Both the position numbers and the translations under genes were made by a program. From the IMG/VR virus record IMGVR_UViG_3300018079_000016, positions 1-46,894 of that record: 46,894 bases of DNA. One strand, 5' to 3'. The notes under the pieces were generated by a model. It saw nothing but the letters and a program-made list of their open reading frames with translations, ran no database searches and had not been told where the DNA came from. The stretch is from a virus (taxonomy: Duplodnaviria > Caudoviricetes). Position 1 is the stretch's first letter. The number at the start of each line of letters is the position of its first letter. Below are positions 1-6,731 of this stretch, piece after piece.

Positions 1-33
<33 letters not shown>

Positions 34-81
34 AGAAAAGCACCTTCTTGCGGCTCTTGTCATCGCAACAGGACACTGGTT

Positions 82-112
82 GGGTGGGTATCAATGGGGG
101 AGGGAGGGAGGG
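82..112 (+). other. G-quadruplex-forming motif
   Basis: GGGTGGGTATCAATGGGGGAGGGAGGGAGGG has six G-runs of 3 or more, mostly with 1-nt loops. Confidence 0.5.
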
Positions 113-319
113 TATATTAAATCAATACACTATTATTATTAACTTGAATAATATATTGATAATAAAACTAGCACGAGAACATTAAGACTTCGCGTTTACG
201 CGAGACTATTATTGTGAAATTATGGATTGTTGCGAGAGATTAGGTGGGTATTACTATTATTTTTTTAATAGAGGTAATGTAAGGGGAAGGATATTCAGTC
301 CTTCCCCTTACATTATGTG

Positions 320-673
320 TTACTGAGTTGACGCCGTAGCTGCAAGCAATGCCTCGACTTGCTTGCGCGCGATATCTTCCGCAACTCCCAGGCGGATGTA
401 ATCGCGAATCATGCGTTCGCGAATATCCTCGGGTGAAACTTCCGACGGACGATACGGAAGCAAGGCTGCCTGATACGCATTGCTGCGTGCATTCGCCTTG
501 AGATTGTCGTTGACCATGCCAACAACTGACCACTTTTTGTCAGCGATAACAGTTGTTGCTTCCGCCTCAGTTTCGCAAACCTGATAATCGAAACTCTTTT
601 CGATTTTCTCCCCTGCCTGCGGATGTCCCTCGGGGATTGCAAAACTGAACTTGCCGATTTTTATCTGCATCAT
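320..673 (-). CDS. Hypothetical protein (117 aa), probable first early gene, GC-richer than the rest of the genome
   Basis: SD GAGGTG just upstream; own sigma70 promoter at 715-743. Confidence 0.8.
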   Translation of the reverse strand: MMQIKIGKFSFAIPEGHPQAGEKIEKSFDYQVCETEAEATTVIADKKWSVVGMVNDNLKANARSNAYQAALLPYRPSEVSPEDIRERMIRDYIRLGVAEDIARKQVEALLAATASTQ

Positions 674-714
674 TTCACCTCAGTCTAGGGCGGAATTGCC
701 CTTCAATGAAAAAC

Positions 715-743
715 AGTCTATCATGGTTCGCGCCGTTTGTCAA
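715..743 (-). promoter_or_regulatory. sigma70-type promoter with extended -10
   Basis: Minus strand TTGACA-17 nt-TAGACT with TG at -15/-14. Confidence 0.75.
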
Positions 744-798
744 GACCGTTTTTCGTGTCTGGCGCTTTTTTCTTGCCCGCGCCGTTGACCTATACTAA

Positions 799-815
799 AG
801 CATCGCGCGTGCCAG
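799..815 (-). promoter_or_regulatory. sigma54-type (-24/-12) promoter, leftward
   Basis: Minus strand CTGGCACGCGCGATGCT = GG-N10-GC with TGGCACG core. Confidence 0.55.
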
Positions 816-875
816 TTCGCGAGGGGTTCAAACTATTCAAAATCCCTAGTAATTTCGCTCAGGCCCACAATATTG

Positions 876-982
876 TGACAGATTTCCGACATGGGGATGG
901 TAAGACACTCATACCTAACTCATTGCAAACAAAGGACTTAAGTCCTGTCGAGAACCCGTCATGTGTAGTCGAATATCCGACA
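876..982. promoter_or_regulatory. Three 16-bp enhancer-like (bEBP UAS-like) sites plus an IHF-like element
   Basis: TGACAGATTTCCGACA (876-891), TGTCGAGAACCCGTCA (946-961) and AGTCGAATATCCGACA (967-982) approximate TGTCG-N6-CGACA; TAACTCATTGCAAACAAAGGACTTA (916-940) resembles back-to-back IHF sites. Confidence 0.45.
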
Positions 983-1132
983 CACTAGTGTTCGCTGTTC
1001 TTTCGCTACAATAGGTAGTGTTCATGTGTTAAATCTATGTAAATTCTGATATGACATAGTATGACTCTACCTGACTTGATATGACTCCAAGAGACTCTAT
1101 ACCCCTATACCCCTCTGTATTGGTTCCATACA

Positions 1133-1148
1133 TGGCACAAATCTTGCA
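1133..1148 (+). promoter_or_regulatory. sigma54-type (-24/-12) promoter, rightward toward the late operon
   Basis: TGGCACAAATCTTGCA matches TGGCAC-N5-TTGCW exactly. Confidence 0.65.
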
Positions 1149-1221
1149 GAGTATTGTATCACTGCTATAGTGGATAAATTTATTAGACAGAATAGGGTCC
1201 CATATTTGTAGTAACATACTC

Positions 1222-1261
1222 AATATTGTATCTAGTAGAATATTGTATTTAGTAGAATATT
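1222..1261 (+). repeat. 17-bp tandem repeat (2.3 copies)
   Basis: AATATTGTATCTAGTAG / AATATTGTATTTAGTAG / AATATT. Confidence 0.8.
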
Positions 1262-1277
1262 ATAGTTAATGGAAAAT

Positions 1278-1306
1278 TTGACTTTCAGTTTAATCTATGC
1301 TAGTCT
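1278..1306 (+). promoter_or_regulatory. sigma70-type promoter with extended -10 upstream of the structural operon
   Basis: TTGACT-17 nt-TAGTCT preceded by TG. Confidence 0.6.
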
Positions 1307-1362
1307 ATATCTGTGGATGGGTCCGACTGAAATGCCGGACAATATTACTATAGGAGAAGTGT

Positions 1363-1593
1363 ATGCCTGACACAGTTACTGTCACAGGAAAAGTAGGGCC
1401 AAACCTTACTGCTACTTCTATTGTCATTACGAATGTGACAGAAGTTAGAATCGATACTGTCAACTCCATGTTGTTCGTAACTGGAACTGTTGGTAGTATG
1501 AAGCCTACTATTCATGAATTCGATATTAATGTTCAGAATACTGTTACTGTTACTAAGTCTGGTTATACTTGGACTATCACTGTGGCTGCTTAA
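1363..1593 (+). CDS. Small Thr/Val-rich beta protein, possibly virion-associated
   Basis: SD AGGAG; beta-strand pattern. Confidence 0.75.
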   Translation: MPDTVTVTGKVGPNLTATSIVITNVTEVRIDTVNSMLFVTGTVGSMKPTIHEFDINVQNTVTVTKSGYTWTITVAA

Positions 1594-1632
1594 TTCTTTT
1601 CATTTTGAAGCAGACAAAGAAAGGAAAAGAAA

Positions 1633-1983
1633 ATGCCAATAGAAATCGGTCCAGATGGAACTCCTTTCGTAGTTTCTACTATAGTATCGGAAGGAGAAAA
1701 GGATACTTTCTCTGAACCAAAAACTGAATTAACTAACGTGCCAGAAATAAAGAAGGAAATGATTGGAATGGATAAGAGAATTGAAGATTCAATTGCTTTT
1801 AATGAGTCTTTGAGAAGTAAGGGTAAACCACTAGATGAGAAAGCACCAGTGCAGGAATATGCTGGTGAATCTTCTATCACAATAAAACTAGAAGCAATCA
1901 GATTAACTCTCAAGAATAATGGGATGGATTCTCAGCAGCAGGGGAAAGCATACGCTGATATCAAATCTATTCTTGGGTGGTAA
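1633..1983 (+). CDS. Hypothetical protein
   Basis: SD AAGGA; in operon. Confidence 0.7.
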   Translation: MPIEIGPDGTPFVVSTIVSEGEKDTFSEPKTELTNVPEIKKEMIGMDKRIEDSIAFNESLRSKGKPLDEKAPVQEYAGESSITIKLEAIRLTLKNNGMDSQQQGKAYADIKSILGW

Positions 1984-2005
1984 TTACTCTGGTTGGGTGA
2001 AGCAT

Positions 2006-2578
2006 ATGAGTATGGGAATAGTGAGTGATTCAGAATTTGAATTAGAACAGGAAGTTCTCTCAAGACCTCGCGATAAATCAAATTCTGTTCCAATAATAAA
2101 GGGTTCAGTAGTAGACATTCAAAGAGGAAGAGGATTAGGAAATATAGGAGTTCCTAATGGACTACGAAACATTATCGGCGAAACTGCTATTACTGATGGA
2201 CGACAAGAAGCTGTCCAATTGGCAAAGAGCTTCGGTATATCACCATCATCTGCAAGTGCGTATGCTAATGGCTCTACATCAACTACTTCATATCAAGATA
2301 AACCAAATCAACCAATAATCAATTCTGTTAAGGAAAGAATTTCTAAGTCTGCGCGAACCAAATTGCGCGAGGCATTAAGAGCATTAACTACTGACAAACT
2401 TACAGATACTAAAGCTGTAGACCTTTCAACCATTGCAAGGAATATGGCTGGTATTGTCAAACAGATGGAATCTGAAGTTAATAGAGAGATAACTGGAGGA
2501 AATGGTCCTACCTTTGTCATCTATGCACCACAGTTCAAACAAGAAGATTCGTTTGAAATAGTGTATGCAAAAGAATAA
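2006..2578 (+). CDS. Putative terminase small subunit / HTH protein (start revised to ATG 2006)
   Basis: HTH-like QEAVQLAKSFGISPSSASAYANG, helical middle, C-terminal beta strand (PTFVIYAP); upstream of TerL; start 1919 would overlap the previous gene. Confidence 0.5.
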   Translation: MSMGIVSDSEFELEQEVLSRPRDKSNSVPIIKGSVVDIQRGRGLGNIGVPNGLRNIIGETAITDGRQEAVQLAKSFGISPSSASAYANGSTSTTSYQDKPNQPIINSVKERISKSARTKLREALRALTTDKLTDTKAVDLSTIARNMAGIVKQMESEVNREITGGNGPTFVIYAPQFKQEDSFEIVYAKE

Positions 2579-2829
2579 TGGCTCCAATTACTTGGGCAAT
2601 TATTGGTGTATTATTAACTTTCTCAATTTTTCTTGCCAATGTAATTTACAGGACAGGACATTTGGCAGCAAGAGTTGAAGAATTAGAACGTTGGCGTGTA
2701 AATGTTCGCACTGATTTACATGAAGTGTCTGAAATATTAACCGGCATGACTACTGAGCTAAAACGTTTAGCTACACTAATCGAAGAAAGAACTGATAGAA
2801 GGCTATTTACACAAAAAAAGGCGGAGTAA
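2578..2829 (+). CDS. Single-TM membrane protein with coiled coil (holin-like candidate)
   Basis: N-terminal hydrophobic helix WAIIGVLLTFSIFLANVIY then coiled coil; TAATG coupling. Confidence 0.55.
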   Translation: MAPITWAIIGVLLTFSIFLANVIYRTGHLAARVEELERWRVNVRTDLHEVSEILTGMTTELKRLATLIEERTDRRLFTQKKAE

Positions 2830-2831
2830 AG

Positions 2832-3080
2832 ATGGCTACAACAACCATTCCCATTGGTAGACCACACGTAATGGTAACTAATGAGGAATTTGCAGTTCCG
2901 GGCTCGCGATTACTAATCAATGTTCAAGGATTAGGCGCGGGTGCTGTAGAAACATCCAATGACAAGTCTACTTGGACTGCTGTTACATTGGATGATGATG
3001 AAAATTTCGAGTGTGCTGCTACGTGGATTCGTTGCACTACAGCAGCGAACGCAGCAATCATTAACGCAAAGAGAATCTAA
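2832..3080 (+). CDS. Small beta-rich hypothetical (possible virion) protein
   Basis: SD GGAG; in operon. Confidence 0.7.
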   Translation: MATTTIPIGRPHVMVTNEEFAVPGSRLLINVQGLGAGAVETSNDKSTWTAVTLDDDENFECAATWIRCTTAANAAIINAKRI

Positions 3081-3081
3081 C

Positions 3082-3450
3082 ATGAAAATTCCGATTACTT
3101 CACTTATACTTCTCTTATTATTTATAATTAATGCATCTGCACAGAATCAGGCAAGTGTAAATCAAAAGTTCGCGTGGGACCAAGCCGCGCTTACACTTGC
3201 TGATGCACAGGGTTATACTTACAAATACTATGCTGATGGTTCAACAACTGGTATTAATTTTGCTGGTATTGCATGCACTGGCTCAGCATCACCATTTGTT
3301 TGTTCTGTCAGTATTCCCGCTTTCACTCCTGGTAATCATACTATTACAATTACTGCTAGTAATATTGCAGGGGAGTCTCCCAAATCTATCCCTTTCGCTT
3401 TCGCGTTCGTCGTAACACCAGCAGTTCCAACAGGAATACGTATACAGTAA
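3082..3450 (+). CDS. Secreted fibronectin type III / Ig-like protein (start revised to ATG 3082)
   Basis: Sec signal MKIPITSLILLLLFIINASA (AxA site); FN3-like end GNHTITITASNIAGESPKS; one Cys pair. Confidence 0.7.
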   Translation: MKIPITSLILLLLFIINASAQNQASVNQKFAWDQAALTLADAQGYTYKYYADGSTTGINFAGIACTGSASPFVCSVSIPAFTPGNHTITITASNIAGESPKSIPFAFAFVVTPAVPTGIRIQ

Positions 3451-3460
3451 CTCCACGATA

Positions 3461-5134
3461 ATGAGTTTTGATAAAAGAGACTGGAAGCCCACAAAAAAGC
3501 AGGAACTATTCCTGTCTTTGCCGTGGTCTATCTTTGAAGGATTTTTTGGTGGAGGAAATGGAAGCGGAAAGTCTGATATTCTATTAGTATATGGGATAGT
3601 TCGTAAACTACACGAGAATCCCAAATTCAAACAAGTATTCATGCGGCGAACTTATCAAGAAATGAAGAATGAAATTATTCCTCGCAGTCGTGAATTATAT
3701 CCTAAATTCGGTGCAATATTCAATAAGACTGATATGGCTTGGACATTCCCAAGACCTGATGAATTTGGTGGCTCTGGAAGTAGAACTGGAGCAATGATAT
3801 TCCTAGGTCATTGTGAACATGAGGATGATGTTCACAAGTATGATACAATGGAAATAAATCTTTATACTCCTGATGAATTAACTTCATATACTGAGTATAT
3901 CTATATCTATATTGGTTTTACTCGTGTGAGAACTAGTGACCCACAATATTTACCTGCATGTATTCGCGCAGCAGGAATGCCAGGAAATATAGGTCATACA
4001 TTCTGTAAGAAACGTTTTGTTACTCCCTGTCCTGAAGGAGGAAAGATTATCATTGGAAGGGGTGGAATTAAACGCTTCTATGTCCATGCTAATATTTCTG
4101 ATAATCCATATGCAGACCCTGAATATGCAGCAAGACTAGATGGCATACCAAATGAAGCCGAAAGAAAAGCAAGGAAGTTTGGTGATTGGGATGCCTATGC
4201 AGGGCAAGTATTTGATGAGTTTAGGGAAAGACGCTATCCATCTGAACCCGAGAATGCACTTCACGTAATAGAGCCATTCGATATTCCTGAATGGTGGCCT
4301 AGAATGATTATAGGTGATTGGGGTTATACCGCAATGACCTATATAGGATTTTATGCTATCTCTCCTTCAAAGAGATTGTATCTTTACAGGGAACTTTACT
4401 GGCTCAAGACTAAGATTGAAGAATGGGCACCAGTAATCAAGGATTATTCGGAAGTAGAAAATCCTCGTATTATCAAGTTCTGTAAGTCAGCAGGACAAGA
4501 TAGAGGACAAGAACACACTATTCAAGAACAGATTGAAACTGCATTAGGTAGACCTATTGAATTAAGTAATAATTCCCCTGGTAGTAGAGTATCAGGGAAA
4601 ATGATGTTGCATGAGTATTTGCGCTGGAAACCACGACCTACGATTCCAGCAAGTGAGATGCCAATTTATTCCGAAGAGAAGGCAATGTGGATTCTCAGGA
4701 ATAAGGGGCTAATTGAATACAAATCTTATCTAGGTTTATTTGACCCTCCAGAAGAGGAAACTAATATTCCAAGGTTGCAAATCTTCAAGTGTTCAGAAGA
4801 AGGCGACCATGAAAGTCATCCTAACTGTTGCCCAATAATGGTTGAAGCTATTAAGTCTTGTTCATACGCAAAGAATACTTCTGAAGGTAAACCTGCTGAA
4901 GATGTAGCAGAATTTCCTGGGGATGACCCATATGATGATTTGCGCTACGCGGTTGATAGTGCTGAAGCGTATTTCAATGATGCGCAGGATGAATTCTCTC
5001 GTGTAGTCAAACAGCAGGAACTACTTGCTAGATTAGCTCAGAATGATAACATGACTGCGTTCTATATTGCAATGAGAAAGAATGAAGAGGGTAATACACC
5101 CAAAATGATGCGAAGATTTCATAGAGGAAGATAA
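3461..5134 (+). CDS. terL: Terminase large subunit
   Basis: Walker A GGGNGSGKS, FMRRTY, Walker B-like TPDELT, DNPY motif, nuclease GDWG and DDPYDDLRY. Confidence 0.93.
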   Translation: MSFDKRDWKPTKKQELFLSLPWSIFEGFFGGGNGSGKSDILLVYGIVRKLHENPKFKQVFMRRTYQEMKNEIIPRSRELYPKFGAIFNKTDMAWTFPRPDEFGGSGSRTGAMIFLGHCEHEDDVHKYDTMEINLYTPDELTSYTEYIYIYIGFTRVRTSDPQYLPACIRAAGMPGNIGHTFCKKRFVTPCPEGGKIIIGRGGIKRFYVHANISDNPYADPEYAARLDGIPNEAERKARKFGDWDAYAGQVFDEFRERRYPSEPENALHVIEPFDIPEWWPRMIIGDWGYTAMTYIGFYAISPSKRLYLYRELYWLKTKIEEWAPVIKDYSEVENPRIIKFCKSAGQDRGQEHTIQEQIETALGRPIELSNNSPGSRVSGKMMLHEYLRWKPRPTIPASEMPIYSEEKAMWILRNKGLIEYKSYLGLFDPPEEETNIPRLQIFKCSEEGDHESHPNCCPIMVEAIKSCSYAKNTSEGKPAEDVAEFPGDDPYDDLRYAVDSAEAYFNDAQDEFSRVVKQQELLARLAQNDNMTAFYIAMRKNEEGNTPKMMRRFHRGR

Positions 5135-5517
5135 TGTTTATACTAAATTGGTATAGAGAATGGCTTGAACTCAAACGTGAGTATAAGGCTCCAAGAGTAT
5201 GTGAATCTTGTGAAACTCTCAAGATATCTGTTGATTCACTTAGGCAAGATAATCATAGATTACTGTCAAGATTACTTGAGCAGCCAAATATTCCAAATGA
5301 ACCGGCAACAGATAATATTACTCCCATTAAACCAAGGCATACTCCTTGGAAAGTAAGACAACAAATGTTGGAAGAAAATGATAGGCATAAAGCCAAACTA
5401 ATGAGGGAAGCCCCTAAGCCTCAATCATCTGAAGCTAAAATTGGTGTATCAGCAGATACAACTATTGATGAATTAGAGCAGGATGTATTAGATGCCGAGA
5501 GACAGCGTCAGTCCTAG
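5134..5517 (+). CDS. Hypothetical protein (CxxC + coiled coil)
   Basis: TAATG coupling to terL. Confidence 0.75.
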   Translation: MFILNWYREWLELKREYKAPRVCESCETLKISVDSLRQDNHRLLSRLLEQPNIPNEPATDNITPIKPRHTPWKVRQQMLEENDRHKAKLMREAPKPQSSEAKIGVSADTTIDELEQDVLDAERQRQS

Positions 5518-6112
5518 TTCGTCTCTTCTCACTAAATGGCTTTCCCCATTATCTGATATTCCATCTCGTGTCTCACGTAAGTTAGCAAATAAAATAGACC
5601 CACCTGAAGGTAAAGGTGGATATTTGAAAGGATTATTAGCGGGTTCTATAACAGGAGCTGGGGATGTAGCCTCTGAAATGACATCTCCTATAAGTTTAGC
5701 TACTACTATTATGGGAATGCCTTCAGTAGGACGTGCTGGTAAAACTATGACGAGATTAGGTAGAATAATTCCACCCATGAAGAAGTCAGTAACTCCAGAT
5801 TTAGGAATTGATGAAATTATTGCTAATGCAATGAAAACTGGAAATAGTTCAATTCATGATGTATTAAATCCTGGTGCTATGAGTCGTATTAAAGCAATGG
5901 GGGAAGATAGTAGAAGAAAACTAGCTAGTATTGGGTATGATATGAGTAAACTATCTCGCTCTTCTGGCACTCTTAATCCTCGTCCTGTTCCACAATTAAG
6001 AACTGAATCACCAATTAAACAAATAATACCTACTCCTTCTAATGTTGATGAATTAATCGGTATGGCAGGGGAAAAGTTACGTAATATTCCTACTTCTAGG
6101 CGTTTGAAATAA
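5492..6112 (+). CDS. Protein paralogous to the N-terminus of ejection protein 25581-27680
   Basis: Shared blocks PLSDIPSR/PLTDAPSR and LKG...TSPISLATT/LKG...TSPLGIATT. Confidence 0.7.
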   Translation: MPRDSVSPSSSLLTKWLSPLSDIPSRVSRKLANKIDPPEGKGGYLKGLLAGSITGAGDVASEMTSPISLATTIMGMPSVGRAGKTMTRLGRIIPPMKKSVTPDLGIDEIIANAMKTGNSSIHDVLNPGAMSRIKAMGEDSRRKLASIGYDMSKLSRSSGTLNPRPVPQLRTESPIKQIIPTPSNVDELIGMAGEKLRNIPTSRRLK

Positions 6113-6282
6113 TGCCACTAGATAAATATTTTGGAGGCGGTGGGAAGGAAGTAATGGCCTCCATGAAAAAGCAATATGGTTCTGAGAAGGCTAAGAAGGT
6201 ATTTTATGCTACTGCTAACAAAAGGAAGCAGGGTGTAGATACAAGTCCTACTGAGAAAACGAGGAAAAAGCATCATGTTTGA
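6112..6282 (+). CDS. Small basic phage protein (56 aa, not in ORF track)
   Basis: MPLDKYFGGGGKEVMASMKKQYGSEKAKKVFYATANK...; TAATG coupling; the MKKQYG...VFYA pattern is one I recall from phage head regions. Confidence 0.75.
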   Translation: MPLDKYFGGGGKEVMASMKKQYGSEKAKKVFYATANKRKQGVDTSPTEKTRKKHHV

Positions 6283-6727
6283 TATTGGGCCTTCCGGTGG
6301 GGGATTTCCAGACTGGTTGAAACAAAAGACTGGTGGAAATACTGGTATAACTGGTGGGATGCGAAAGCGTCCTGCTGGTTATAGTATGCAGCGTTCACCA
6401 ATGACGGGTCAACCATTAATGAATAGGCCTCAAGTAATGCCACGTAGACCTATGATGGGTCAACCAATGAGGGGTCAAAGACCATCAGGGGAAAAACCTT
6501 TTGGTATGGGTCCAATGCCTTTTAGTGGCGGGGAACCAGTATCATCTACTATGCCTGTTGGTAGGCAAAGACCTGATATCATTCCAATGTCATCATCCGG
6601 TATGCCTCCCGGTATGGGGGGAGGTATGATGCAGCAACCAGGTCAGCAGCCAATGGAAGAAAATCAACTCTGGAGAACATATAATCGATTGCTCAGTAGT
6701 CCAATGGCTCCTAGAATGCTTTTATAG
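6275..6727 (+). CDS. G/P/M-rich low-complexity protein
   Basis: SD GAGG; fills the gap before the portal. Confidence 0.7.
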   Translation: MFDIGPSGGGFPDWLKQKTGGNTGITGGMRKRPAGYSMQRSPMTGQPLMNRPQVMPRRPMMGQPMRGQRPSGEKPFGMGPMPFSGGEPVSSTMPVGRQRPDIIPMSSSGMPPGMGGGMMQQPGQQPMEENQLWRTYNRLLSSPMAPRMLL

Positions 6728-6731
6728 TTAA

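Noticed and set aside
737-1223. ORFs 737-988 (+) and 1035-1223 (-)
   Set aside because: No convincing SD; they overlap dense regulatory motifs and have no recognisable protein features
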